IMG/VR virus record: IMGVR_UViG_3300033566_000008
Span: 1 to 25,310 of that record
Direction: 5' to 3' (one strand)
DNA length: 25,310 bases
DNA from: a virus
Taxonomy: Duplodnaviria; Caudoviricetes
Below the pieces are notes generated by a model. It was not told the origin of the DNA and ran no database searches. It saw only the letters and a list, made by a program, of their open reading frames with translations. Positions 1 to 9,176 of this stretch are shown here, piece after piece. Both the position numbers and the translations under genes were made by a program. Every line of letters starts with the position of its first letter. Position 1 is the first letter of the stretch.

Positions 1-405
1 TACTGGCGCCCGGTCAATCTCGGCAAGCACATCAGCATCGTGCCCACCAAGGAGGCCAAGGCCTACAAGGCGGACGTTGCTTGGCGCGCGATCGCCGCGG
101 GCATCAAGACGCCCATCACTGGCCGCGTGCAGCTCCTGGTGCAGCTCTACCCCAACCGACCCCAGGACTACAAGACACGCCAGAGAAAGCTGGGCGAAGG
201 CTGGGACGACAGCGTGCAGTGCATCGACCTGGGCAACTGCGAAAAGGTGCTCAGCGATGCGCTGAACGGCATCGCCTGGGTGGACGACAAGCAGCACCGC
301 CGCATCATCCTGGAGCGCATGGAGCCCGACGAGCACGGCGCCCGGGTGGTGGTGACAATCACGCCCATGGCCACGGCCAGGGTGCAGCAGGAGATTGAGG
401 CGTGA
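1..405 (+). CDS. rusA: RusA-like Holliday junction resolvase, 5'-truncated by the window edge
   Basis: The frame is open from base 1 (YWRPVNLG...). It carries a RusA-type acidic motif DLGNCEKVLSDALNGIAWVDDKQ and lies upstream of the packaging genes, a typical position. Confidence 0.85.
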   Translation, partial: YWRPVNLGKHISIVPTKEAKAYKADVAWRAIAAGIKTPITGRVQLLVQLYPNRPQDYKTRQRKLGEGWDDSVQCIDLGNCEKVLSDALNGIAWVDDKQHRRIILERMEPDEHGARVVVTITPMATARVQQEIEA

Positions 406-776
406 AAGAGCGTAAGCGCCCTGTCCTGTACGTGTGCGGCCCGCAGCCAAAGAACACCAGTTCTTGCCGGACCGAGCACTGGTACGAGATTTACATCAAG
501 GCCGATGGCAAGCCTGGGCGCGCGCTCGTTTCTCACCACGCCTGGTACACGCCTATTCATGCGTGTGACCAATGCGGCCGGCTCGGATCTGCCAAGCGAG
601 TGCACTACCGGTCAATGTGCGACAGCTTCACGCAAGGCAAGGCCGTCATGTGCACAAGTTGCTGGAACCGAATTCGCCCGCTCGCCGACATGGAGCGGGC
701 CACGTGGCAAATCAAGAACCTGACCAACAAACTCATCCGAGAGAACAGGAAAGCAAATGGCAACCAAAACCGGTGA
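402..776 (+). CDS. Hypothetical protein, possible Zn-binding (CDQC ... CTSC)
   Basis: GTGA overlap with the rusA stop, GAGG upstream, two CxxC pairs. Confidence 0.6.
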   Translation: MKERKRPVLYVCGPQPKNTSSCRTEHWYEIYIKADGKPGRALVSHHAWYTPIHACDQCGRLGSAKRVHYRSMCDSFTQGKAVMCTSCWNRIRPLADMERATWQIKNLTNKLIRENRKANGNQNR

Positions 777-966
777 ACTGCGCGAAATGCTGATCGATGC
801 CATCGAGGCCGTCAAAGCCGGAAAGATGGATTCGAACGAGGCAAAGTCCATTGCCATGCTTGCCGGGCAGGTCAATCTGTCTTTGCAGGTGGAGATCAAC
901 GCCCGTCGGGATGAGGCCTCGATCAAGGGCGGGATTGGTGCATTGCCTCTCGGAGAAGAATCATGA
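757..966 (+). CDS. Hypothetical protein
   Basis: AGGA RBS upstream; ATGA-coupled to the next gene. Confidence 0.7.
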   Translation: MATKTGELREMLIDAIEAVKAGKMDSNEAKSIAMLAGQVNLSLQVEINARRDEASIKGGIGALPLGEES

Positions 967-1250
967 TCAGCAAACGCCGCGACTGGTTCACCATCCTGCG
1001 TGACCTCAAGAAGGCAGGTATCAGCTACCAGGAGGTGGGCCGCAAGTGCTCACGCTACGTGGCCAGCGTGCAGAACTGGGCCGAGGGTGGCGAGCCCCGC
1101 GACTCCGACGCCCAGGTCATCCTGGCGCTGTATGCCAAGCACTGCCCCGTGCAGTACCAGGAGCACATGCGCAAACACGGCGACATCGCCGCGCGCATTG
1201 AAGCGATCACCAACCCCGGGGAGACTCGGGTTTTGCCGTTTGTGGGGTGA
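963..1250 (+). CDS. HTH (Cro/XRE-like) DNA-binding protein
   Basis: GISYQEVGRKCSRYVASVQNWAEGGEP is an HTH-like pattern; GGAG RBS; coupled to terS by GTGA. Confidence 0.65.
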   Translation: MISKRRDWFTILRDLKKAGISYQEVGRKCSRYVASVQNWAEGGEPRDSDAQVILALYAKHCPVQYQEHMRKHGDIAARIEAITNPGETRVLPFVG

Positions 1251-1690
1251 GCGTGGACACACCAGCAGTACCAGCCAAGCCGCGCCGCGCTCATGGTGAG
1301 ATCGTGGCCATGCTCGACGCCCTGGGCATCGATGAGATCTGCGAAATGATCATCGCCGGCAAGTTCTACCGCGAGATTGCGCGGGACTTGGGCATCACGC
1401 ACTGGTCGGTGATCGAGTGGGTAGCGGCCGACGCCGAGCGCAGCCGCAGGGTGCAAGAGTCTCGCCGGCTCAGTGCCCAGGCCTTCGAAGAGCAGGCCGT
1501 GGAGGCGATCACAAACGCCAAGGACAAGCTGGATCTGATGAAGGCCAAGGAGCTGGCCCATCACTACCGGTGGAAGGCCTCCAAGATCGCGCCGAAGGAG
1601 TACGGCGACAAGCTGGCAGTAACCGACGGTGAGGGCAACCCGCTGCAGGCAGCGGCGCCCGTGTTCAATGTGACCGTGAGGGGGAAGTGA
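1247..1690 (+). CDS. terS: Terminase small subunit (Sf6/P22-like)
   Basis: N-terminal HTH (ICEMIIAGKFYREIARDLGI...W) and RWKASKIAPKEYGDK motif; lies upstream of terL. Confidence 0.85.
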   Translation: MSVDTPAVPAKPRRAHGEIVAMLDALGIDEICEMIIAGKFYREIARDLGITHWSVIEWVAADAERSRRVQESRRLSAQAFEEQAVEAITNAKDKLDLMKAKELAHHYRWKASKIAPKEYGDKLAVTDGEGNPLQAAAPVFNVTVRGK

Positions 1691-1881
1691 TGGATCAAGA
1701 GAGCATTGATGAAATCCGCGTCCGGTTCAAGATCATCTGCCGAAATTGCGAAAGCGATCAGGTGGCGATGAGCGGGACTGCTGGTGTTGACTACGGAGGG
1801 CAAACGGGATTTGCTCCTGGGCATGTTGCGATTGGCTGCAACGCATGCAAGCAAAACGATCTTTATGTTTTTGACGCATGA
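1687..1881 (+). CDS. Small Zn-ribbon-like protein (CRNC ... CNAC)
   Basis: Overlaps the terS stop (GTGA) and the terL start (ATGA); two CxxC motifs. Confidence 0.65.
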   Translation: MMDQESIDEIRVRFKIICRNCESDQVAMSGTAGVDYGGQTGFAPGHVAIGCNACKQNDLYVFDA

Positions 1882-3419
1882 CCGCGCCCACCTTCAACGT
1901 CGAATTCACCGACAAGCAGTCAATCGCCATCCAGAGCGAGGCCACGGAGATCCTGTACGGTGGCGCAGCAGGCGGCGGGAAGTCCTATTTCATGCGCGCC
2001 CTGGCCATCCTGTTGTGCGGGATGATCCCGGGCCTGAACGTCTACCTCTTCCGGCGCACCTACGACGACTTGATCAAGAACCACATGGAGGGCACTGGCG
2101 GCTTTCCTGAAATGCTGGGCGGCCTGATCGCCTCGGGCCACGCCAAGATCGTGGCCGAGGAAATCAGGTTCTGGAACGGCTCCAAGATCTTCCTTTGCCA
2201 CTGCCAGCACGACAAGGACCGGTTCAAGTACCAGGGCGCCGAAATCCACGTGCTGCTGATCGATGAGCTGACCATGTTCACCGAGATCGTGTATCGGTTC
2301 CTGCGCGGCCGGATGCGTGCGCCCGGCCTGGTGGTTCCCCAGTGGGCCATCGACTTCTTCAAGGTCAAGTTCGGCGTCAACTTGCAGGCCAAAATCCCCC
2401 TGCTGGTGGCCGGCAGCAACCCGGGCAACATCGGGCACCAGTTCGTCAAAGCCTCGTTCATTGATGGAGCCAAGCCCTTCGAGGTGCGCCGGATGCCCAA
2501 GAGCGAGGGTGGCATGCTTCGCCAGTTCATCCCCGCGCTGCTGGAAGACAACGAGCACGTGGACGCCGAGGACTACGAGGGCAAGCTGGAGGGGCTGGGC
2601 TCTGCTGAACTGGTCAAGGCAATGCGGCACGGTGACTGGAACGTGGTAGCCGGCGCCTTCTTCGACAACATCAGCACGCAGGTGCACCAGCTGCCCACGT
2701 TCGATCCGCCCAAGCACTGGACGCGCTTCCGCTCCATGGACTGGGGCAGCGCCAAGCCCTTCAGTGTGGGCTGGTGGGTGGTGGTCGATGAAGACACGTG
2801 GCTGTCGGACCTGGTCAGTAACCTGCGCGGCCATGCCGACCGCAAGATCCCGCGCAATGCCCTGATCCGCTACAAGGAGTGGTACGGCTGCAAGGTGGCC
2901 GAGACAGGCGCCGCGATCCCGAATACTGGCCTGAAGATGACGGCCGAGGCTGTAGCCAAGGGCATCAAGGACCGCGAGCGTGGCGAGAAGATCCACGAAG
3001 AGATGAGCCCGGCCGACCCCAGCATGTGGAAGGAAGACGGCGGGCCCAGCATCATCGAGCGCATGATCAAGTCGCACCAGGTGCGTTTCAGGCCTGCCGA
3101 CAACACCCGCATCACCGGCTGGCAGCAGATGTACAGCCGCTTGTCCTGGGAAGACGTGGACGACGGCGTTGCGATGCTATTCGTCACCGAGAACTGCACC
3201 GACTGGTGGCGCACCGTGCCACCGTTGCAGCACGACGAGCACAAGATGGAGGACATCAACTCCGACCTTGAGGACCACGTGGCCGACGATGTGCGGTACG
3301 CCTGCATGGCCCGACCGATCTCGCGCGTGCACAAGCCGAAGAGTACCGGCCCCAAGCCGTGGACTCTCGATTGGATCATCCAGCAGGACGAGGCTCAGAA
3401 AAAGCGCATGGGCGCATAG
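1878..3419 (+). CDS. terL: Terminase large subunit
   Basis: Walker A YGGAAGGGKS, Walker B LLIDE, GSNPG coupling motif, nuclease motifs SMDWG and EDHVADDVRY. Confidence 0.95.
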   Translation: MTAPTFNVEFTDKQSIAIQSEATEILYGGAAGGGKSYFMRALAILLCGMIPGLNVYLFRRTYDDLIKNHMEGTGGFPEMLGGLIASGHAKIVAEEIRFWNGSKIFLCHCQHDKDRFKYQGAEIHVLLIDELTMFTEIVYRFLRGRMRAPGLVVPQWAIDFFKVKFGVNLQAKIPLLVAGSNPGNIGHQFVKASFIDGAKPFEVRRMPKSEGGMLRQFIPALLEDNEHVDAEDYEGKLEGLGSAELVKAMRHGDWNVVAGAFFDNISTQVHQLPTFDPPKHWTRFRSMDWGSAKPFSVGWWVVVDEDTWLSDLVSNLRGHADRKIPRNALIRYKEWYGCKVAETGAAIPNTGLKMTAEAVAKGIKDRERGEKIHEEMSPADPSMWKEDGGPSIIERMIKSHQVRFRPADNTRITGWQQMYSRLSWEDVDDGVAMLFVTENCTDWWRTVPPLQHDEHKMEDINSDLEDHVADDVRYACMARPISRVHKPKSTGPKPWTLDWIIQQDEAQKKRMGA

Positions 3420-3424
3420 GGCTC

Positions 3425-3468
3425 ATTCGATCAAAAAAGTGTGACCTGAAAGCGGCTCAATGCATGCA
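3425..3468 (+). promoter_or_regulatory. Putative late promoter, copy 1 (leaderless)
   Basis: ATTCGATCAAAAAAG at 3425-3439, GCTCAAT at 3455-3461, ATG at 3468. Confidence 0.75.
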
Positions 3469-3971
3469 TGAGCATCGCAGCCGCAAACGTCGCACCAGAC
3501 TTCTCCTACCGCCGCCGCCTCAGCATCGATGAGCTGAAGCGCCTGGATGACCCTGTGGTTCTCTTCGAGTACTACGGGCACGACAGCGACGGCGAGCCGT
3601 TCTACGTCTACACCGTGGCCGGCTGGCTCGATGGTGTGAACGTGGCCACCTCCCAAGGCGGCTGCACCGTCGGCGGCGACACGATCATCATCCACGCCGA
3701 CACCCGTGAAGTGGCCGACGCCATGGCCGCTCAAGGCCTGGGCGACACCATCAGCCTGCTGGATCTGGAAGACGAAAACCTGGTAGAGGCTGCGGCCTCC
3801 CTGGCTCGCCTGGAAACCATCGGCGCCCTGGACCGCATGAAGCTGGCCACCGCCGCGCCTGCTGACAAATCAGACCAATTCGAGCACGACGCCGCGGCTA
3901 TTCGCGTGCTGCGTGGCGACGACATCGTGCTGAGCGCTGGCGCTGTCAGCGAAGAGCCTCCGGCGAACTGA
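3468..3971 (+). CDS. Hypothetical acidic protein
   Basis: 167-aa ORF with phage-typical codon use; starts at the predicted +1 of the promoter motif and has no SD. Confidence 0.8.
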   Translation: MSIAAANVAPDFSYRRRLSIDELKRLDDPVVLFEYYGHDSDGEPFYVYTVAGWLDGVNVATSQGGCTVGGDTIIIHADTREVADAMAAQGLGDTISLLDLEDENLVEAAASLARLETIGALDRMKLATAAPADKSDQFEHDAAAIRVLRGDDIVLSAGAVSEEPPAN

Positions 3972-4062
3972 TCACCCCGGGCGGTACGGCCCTTCGCTTC
4001 GTACCCGGATGGCAGGTCCGTAGTCTGCCCCGGCCGCTGCGGTCCACGGCATAGGAAATCAC

Positions 4063-4653
4063 ATGTCCATCAAGCGCACTTCTCTGGGCTCGGCCGGTTC
4101 GGCTGCTGACCTCATCCTGATCACCGGCTCGACCAACGCCACGCCCATCGTCATCACCCTGGCGGCCAACCATGGCCTGGCCGATGACAAGCGTCTGGCC
4201 GTGGCCGGCATCACCGGCAACACCAACGCCAATGGCGAGTGGGATCTGAAGTTCACCGGCACGAACACCGCCCAGCTGGTCGGCTCTGCGGGCAACGGCG
4301 TCCACGGCGGAACGCCCCGCGCTGCGCTGATCCTGGACGAAACGCCGCTGATGCAGAACCACTCGGCCTTGCTGGAAACTTTCGGCAACCTGGTGGGCAC
4401 GGTGGACTTCGAGGCCTACGGCTCCTATGCCGACTTTGCGGCCGGCGCCAATACCGCAGGCGCAGAGGCACCAGTCCGCACCGGATCTGGCGTGACCAAC
4501 AGCGCGGGCAGCGTCAGCACCCCCGCGAAATCCACGCTGGGCGCCGTGGCCACCAATGCCGGCTTCCGCGCTGAAGTGCGCTTGCCGCGCTACCTGCGCG
4601 GCGTGATCACTGCCTACACCTCTGGCAGCTTCTTCGCCGGGGTGGCAGCTTAA
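4063..4653 (+). CDS. Putative virion structural protein with N-terminal E1-FCCH-like beta domain
   Basis: AGGA RBS. ITGSTNATPIVITLAANHGL...ITGNTNANG resembles the FCCH-like module of phage proteins; G/A/T/S-rich. Confidence 0.65.
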   Translation: MSIKRTSLGSAGSAADLILITGSTNATPIVITLAANHGLADDKRLAVAGITGNTNANGEWDLKFTGTNTAQLVGSAGNGVHGGTPRAALILDETPLMQNHSALLETFGNLVGTVDFEAYGSYADFAAGANTAGAEAPVRTGSGVTNSAGSVSTPAKSTLGAVATNAGFRAEVRLPRYLRGVITAYTSGSFFAGVAA

Positions 4654-4655
4654 TC

Positions 4656-6872
4656 ATGCCCATGACGCCTCCTGGTGCCGCATCGGTGCCGCAGAACCCA
4701 GCCCAGCCGCCTCAGATGCAGGTGCCAGGCCAGCCAGCCGAGCGCCCCGAGCCTTCAGAGCAGGACAAGGCCCTGGCCAAGGACTGGAAGAAGCGCATCG
4801 ATGCGGCCCAGGAGCGTCACAAGACTGAGTTCAAGCAGTTCGAGGTGAACCGCAAGTTGCTGCGCGGTCAGAAGGCTGGCAACACCAACGAAAAGCAAAA
4901 GGCCAATCTGCATTTCGCCAATCAGGCGATGCTGGTGCCTCAGATTTACGCCAAAGACCCCGAGTATTCTGTGACCCCCACGGCGCGCGTCAGCGAGCAG
5001 GAGATGGAGGCGGTCAAGCTCTTCGCCGAGACCGCCCAGGTCTTGCTGGGCCGCGTGCTGGTCAAGGATGCGAAGTTGAAGAAGCGCGCCAAGCAGCTTC
5101 TGCGCTCAGCCTTCGCTACATCCGTCGGCTGGTGGAAGGTGACATGGCAGGAAAACCGCCGCACCGACCCGCTGATCATCAATGCGCTCAAGGATACCCA
5201 AGACAACATCGACACCTTGCAGGTCCAGCGCCAGGCGCTGGACGAGACCAATGGCCGAGACCAGGATCTGGCAGCGGCCAAGGTGACGCAAACCATGGCG
5301 GGCATCCAGTCCCAGTCCGAGGTGTCGATCGTCAAAGGCCTGGTGGTCGATTTCGCCATGTCTGAGGACATCCTGATCCTGGACGATTCGGTGCGATGCT
5401 TCGGCGACTACGAGTCAGCCTCTGCCATGGCCCACCGCGTTTGGATGACCAAGGACAAGTACAAGGCGCTGTTCGGCTACGAGCCCACCAAGGCCAAGTA
5501 CTACAAGGAGCAGGCCGGCTCTGCCCAGATGCAGGAAACATCGACCGGCGACAAGACCAGCCAACTGTTTTGTGTGTGGGAAATCTGGGATCAGGACAGC
5601 AACCGTGTGTTCACGATCTGCGACGGTGAAGAGGGCTTTTGCAAACAGCCCGAGTCTCCCAACTGGACCGGCAAGCGCTGGTACCCGTTCTTTGGGGTGG
5701 GTTTCAACGAGATCGATGGCAGCTTCTATCCGCTGTCCGACGTTGAACTGACCGACCCCCTGGTGAAGCTTAGCAACGAATCGCTGGACGACTTTGTGGA
5801 TGACCGGCGCGACTCGCGGCCGATCAACCTGGTGCGGAAGGGCGGGGCCCTGACCGACGAGGACATCACGCGCATCCGAAATCGCAACGGCGGCGACATC
5901 GTCATGATCGAGGGCGTGGGCACGGCCCCCATCACAAACGACATCTTCGTGGGCTCCCTGGCCAAGATCGACCCGCAGGTGTACAGCACTGACATGTTCC
6001 GCCTGTACATGGAAATGATCATCGGTGGCGGTGACGCTGCCCGCGGCTCTGTGCTCAAGGCCAAGACGGCCACCGAAGCCGAGATCCTGTCCCAGGGCCT
6101 GCGCGGACGCAGCCAGGAACGCCAGGACTCCATCGAAGACCTGTTGTCCGAGGTGGGTCAGTACGCCGTCGAGATCATGCTTCGCCGCATGACCGAGCAG
6201 GAGGTGCAGCGCATCGCCGGGCCTGGCGCCACGTGGCCGATCATGAACGTGGAAGAGATCTTCGACGCCATCGACATCGAAGTGAAGGGCGGTTCGACCG
6301 GCCGGCCCGACCGCCTGCAGGAGCAAGACCGGTGGACGAAGCTGTTGCCGGTCATCAAGGAAGCCATCCAGCAGGTGGCCGAGCTTCGCGCACAAGGCCA
6401 GGACGCGCTGGCACAGGCCATCATCGTGCTCACCCGCGAAACCCTGCGCCGGTTCGAGGAACGCCTGGACATCGAGCAGCTTTTGCCGCCCAAGTCCGAC
6501 GGCCAGCCCGATGCCGCGCAGCTCATGCAGCAGCTGAACGCCATGAAGGAACAGCTGCAGGTGGTCATGCAGGAACTGCAGCAGGCCAAGGAAGAGCAGG
6601 AGAAGGGCTACATCACCGCGGCTACCACGCTGGCAACCAGCGCAAACCCGGTTCAGGCGATCCCCGCCTTTGTGGCCGCACGCCAAGCCATCGAGGCCGG
6701 TGAACAACCGGACATGAGCGCGGTCCCGGCACCAGCACCGCCCCCGATGGAGCCTGGCGCGGACGGCGCGATGCCGACCGGCATGCCTCCAGAACTCTCG
6801 CAACAGCCGCTGCCACCCATGGACAGCGCGCCCATCGATCCCGCAGCAGACCCGGCCATGCAGCCGCAATAA
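4656..6872 (+). CDS. Portal protein (P22-like size, C-terminal coiled coil and Pro-rich tail)
   Basis: 738 aa between terL and scaffold; KTATEA motif, VWEIWD, Q-rich helical C-terminus. Confidence 0.88.
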   Translation: MPMTPPGAASVPQNPAQPPQMQVPGQPAERPEPSEQDKALAKDWKKRIDAAQERHKTEFKQFEVNRKLLRGQKAGNTNEKQKANLHFANQAMLVPQIYAKDPEYSVTPTARVSEQEMEAVKLFAETAQVLLGRVLVKDAKLKKRAKQLLRSAFATSVGWWKVTWQENRRTDPLIINALKDTQDNIDTLQVQRQALDETNGRDQDLAAAKVTQTMAGIQSQSEVSIVKGLVVDFAMSEDILILDDSVRCFGDYESASAMAHRVWMTKDKYKALFGYEPTKAKYYKEQAGSAQMQETSTGDKTSQLFCVWEIWDQDSNRVFTICDGEEGFCKQPESPNWTGKRWYPFFGVGFNEIDGSFYPLSDVELTDPLVKLSNESLDDFVDDRRDSRPINLVRKGGALTDEDITRIRNRNGGDIVMIEGVGTAPITNDIFVGSLAKIDPQVYSTDMFRLYMEMIIGGGDAARGSVLKAKTATEAEILSQGLRGRSQERQDSIEDLLSEVGQYAVEIMLRRMTEQEVQRIAGPGATWPIMNVEEIFDAIDIEVKGGSTGRPDRLQEQDRWTKLLPVIKEAIQQVAELRAQGQDALAQAIIVLTRETLRRFEERLDIEQLLPPKSDGQPDAAQLMQQLNAMKEQLQVVMQELQQAKEEQEKGYITAATTLATSANPVQAIPAFVAARQAIEAGEQPDMSAVPAPAPPPMEPGADGAMPTGMPPELSQQPLPPMDSAPIDPAADPAMQPQ

Positions 6873-6875
6873 ATC

Positions 6876-7973
6876 ATGAACATCCGCCGTTTCAACTTCC
6901 TGACCCGCATCCTCCGCCGTCCTGAAGACGGTGAAGGCTCAGACCTGGGCGGCTCGCCCGACATCACCAGCACGCCGGCCGCTGAGCCGGTGGACACTGG
7001 CGCCGTGGTGTCCGATGTGGCCAAGCCCACCACCATGCTGGAGGCCATGAGCGCGGCCATCACGCCGCCGCTCGATGCCAACGGCCAGCCCCGAGATGAA
7101 CTGGGCCGCTTTGCCCAGAAGGCGGCGCAGGAGGCCGCAGCGGCAGCCGGCCAGCCTGGCGCACCGGCAGCACCCGGCGCAGCGCCTGCGGCAAAGCCTG
7201 TCGATCCCTTGGCCCCCGTGGTCGAGGAAGACCCGCACAAGATGCCCGAGGGCCTGAGCGAGAAGGCCCAGCAGCGTTTCCAGACCCTGGTCAATACCAA
7301 CAAGGAGTTGACCGAGTGGCGCGCCGAGGTTGAGCCCCAACTGAACTACGTTCGCGAGACCTTCCAGCAGAACGGCATCCAGCGCGAGCAGTTCGACCTG
7401 TTCAGCCAGTTCGCCGGTGCGTTCAACCGCGGCGACTACCAGGCAGCAACGCAAATCCTTCAAGGCCAGATGCAGGCATTGGCTGCCATGACCGGCCAAC
7501 ACCTGACGGCTGATCCGCTGGCCCAGCACCCCGATCTCCGCGAACGTGTGGACAGCCTGCAGATGACCGAGCAGGATGCCATGGAATTGGGGCGCCGCCG
7601 CCTGGCCGATCAGCAGCGCGAGCAGATCCAACAGCAACAGCAGCAGGTGCAGCAGCGCGAGCAGCAAAGCCAGCAGGCGATCCAGTCCGCGCAGGGTCAG
7701 ATCGACCAGTTCTGCAAGACCATGCAGCGTACGGACATGGACTACTCGGCCATCGAAGGCCAGTTGCTGGCCGCTGTGCAGGACGGCCTGCTGGAGGGCG
7801 TGCCTCCCAACCTTTGGGCCGCCAAGGTTCAGCAGCAATACAACTTGATCAAAAAAGTGGCAGCCAGCCAGCGCACACTTTCCCCAGCAACCAGCACATT
7901 GCGTACCACAGGCAACGGGACGCCTTCACAGGCACCCAAAACCATGATGGAAGCCATGTTCGGCGGTCGCTGA
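6876..7973 (+). CDS. Capsid scaffolding protein
   Basis: Lies between portal and capsid; low-complexity N-terminus with PRDELGRFA and a Q-rich coiled coil. Confidence 0.75.
   Translation: MNIRRFNFLTRILRRPEDGEGSDLGGSPDITSTPAAEPVDTGAVVSDVAKPTTMLEAMSAAITPPLDANGQPRDELGRFAQKAAQEAAAAAGQPGAPAAPGAAPAAKPVDPLAPVVEEDPHKMPEGLSEKAQQRFQTLVNTNKELTEWRAEVEPQLNYVRETFQQNGIQREQFDLFSQFAGAFNRGDYQAATQILQGQMQALAAMTGQHLTADPLAQHPDLRERVDSLQMTEQDAMELGRRRLADQQREQIQQQQQQVQQREQQSQQAIQSAQGQIDQFCKTMQRTDMDYSAIEGQLLAAVQDGLLEGVPPNLWAAKVQQQYNLIKKVAASQRTLSPATSTLRTTGNGTPSQAPKTMMEAMFGGR
7843..7886 (+). promoter_or_regulatory. Putative late promoter, copy 2, inside the scaffold gene and serving the capsid gene
   Basis: ACTTGATCAAAAAAG at 7843-7857, GCACACT at 7873-7879, A at the equivalent +1 (7886). 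Confidence 0.7.
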
Positions 7974-8034
7974 AAGCGTAAGCAGGCCTCGCAATCTGCG
8001 CCGTTCTTTTGTCCCATGGTGTGAGCGCAGTTCA

Positions 8035-8113
8035 CCGAGCGCAAACGTGACGTAACGCCGGATTCGTCTCCGCAAAGCAGTTGTCTTTCCCACGTTTGCA
8101 CTCGGAGCACACC
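8035..8113 (+). promoter_or_regulatory. Structured 5' leader of the capsid mRNA overlapping the RBS
   Basis: CCGAG-c-GCAAACGTG (8035-8049) pairs with CACGTTTGC-a-CTCGG (8091-8105); the SD GGAG is at 8104-8107. Confidence 0.65.
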
Positions 8114-9169
8114 ATGCCTTTTACCGCACAAGAAGTCATCGAAGCTGGCTATGCCGGTCTCGACTTCTACCTGGCCAAGAAGCCAGTCGATCAAGTCGCC
8201 CTCGACCGTCCTTTGCTCAAGGCCCTGCAGGCCAAGAAGAAGGAAGCCCCCGGCGCCAAGCAGTTCATCGTTGAACAGCTGCGCACCGGCTACGGCTCGA
8301 ACTTCCAATGGTTCAACGGCTCGTCAGTCGTCACCTACAACCGTCGCCAGACCCTGCGCCAAGCCAATTTCGCCTGGCGCTCGTGCCATGACGGCCTGGC
8401 CCTGGACGAGGACCGCCTGGCCCAGAACGGCATCACCATCGATGACAGCGGCAAGACCGGTGTGGCATCGGATGCCGAGAAGATCCAGCTGACCAACCTT
8501 TTCGAAGAGCAGGCCGAAGTGCTGCGCCTGGGCTTCCAAGAGCAGTTCAGCTACCAGCTGCACATCGACGGCACCCAAAGCACCGACGCCATCACCGGCC
8601 TGGACGCCCTGGTCTCGCTGACCCCCACCACTGGTGTGGTCGGCGGCATCGATCGCTCCGTGGCAGCCAACGCCTACTGGCGCAACAACACGGCCACCGG
8701 CATCACCACCACGGTGGGCACCGGCTCCATCCTGAACCAGATGGAAGTGGCATGGCGTGGTTGCGTCCGCAACGGCGGCCGGCCTGACCTGATCCTGGTG
8801 GGCTCGACCTACCTGGACGGCTACCGCAACTTCGTGCTGGGCACCTATGGCCGCATCGACTTCGGTCCTTCCAACGAGAAGGTGATCGAAGGCGGCACCA
8901 AGATGTGCACGTTCCACGGCGTGGACATGGAATGGTCGCCCGAGTTCGCCGAACTGGACGCCCGTTTCGGCCCGGCCACCCCCTGGGAGAAGCGCGCCTA
9001 CTTCCTGAACACCAACCACATCACGTTGCGCCCCCTGCAAGGGCACGACATGAAGAATCGCAAGCCCCCCCGCGCCTACGACCGGTACGAGTACTACTGG
9101 GCCGTGACCTGGAAGGGCGCACTGACCATGAACCGTGGCAACGCGCACTGCGCGCTGGCCCTGGCTTGA
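8114..9169 (+). CDS. Major capsid protein
   Basis: 351 aa from ATG 8114 with GGAG RBS; follows the scaffold, has strongly biased codons and is followed by terminators. Confidence 0.88.
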   Translation: MPFTAQEVIEAGYAGLDFYLAKKPVDQVALDRPLLKALQAKKKEAPGAKQFIVEQLRTGYGSNFQWFNGSSVVTYNRRQTLRQANFAWRSCHDGLALDEDRLAQNGITIDDSGKTGVASDAEKIQLTNLFEEQAEVLRLGFQEQFSYQLHIDGTQSTDAITGLDALVSLTPTTGVVGGIDRSVAANAYWRNNTATGITTTVGTGSILNQMEVAWRGCVRNGGRPDLILVGSTYLDGYRNFVLGTYGRIDFGPSNEKVIEGGTKMCTFHGVDMEWSPEFAELDARFGPATPWEKRAYFLNTNHITLRPLQGHDMKNRKPPRAYDRYEYYWAVTWKGALTMNRGNAHCALALA

Positions 9170-9176
9170 TGGACCT

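Noticed and set aside
5415-6869. Long antisense ORFs opposite portal, terL, capsid and ejection genes
   Set aside because: These are shadow frames produced by high GC3 codon bias of the real + strand genes.
7610-7680. CAG-rich repeats in scaffold and portal
   Set aside because: These encode poly-Gln coiled coil and are not an independent repeat element.
8081-8113. Upstream TTG start for the capsid, and the 20685 and 23089 starts for the esterase and Rz1
   Set aside because: Good SD sequences support 8114, 20718 and 23215/23221 instead.
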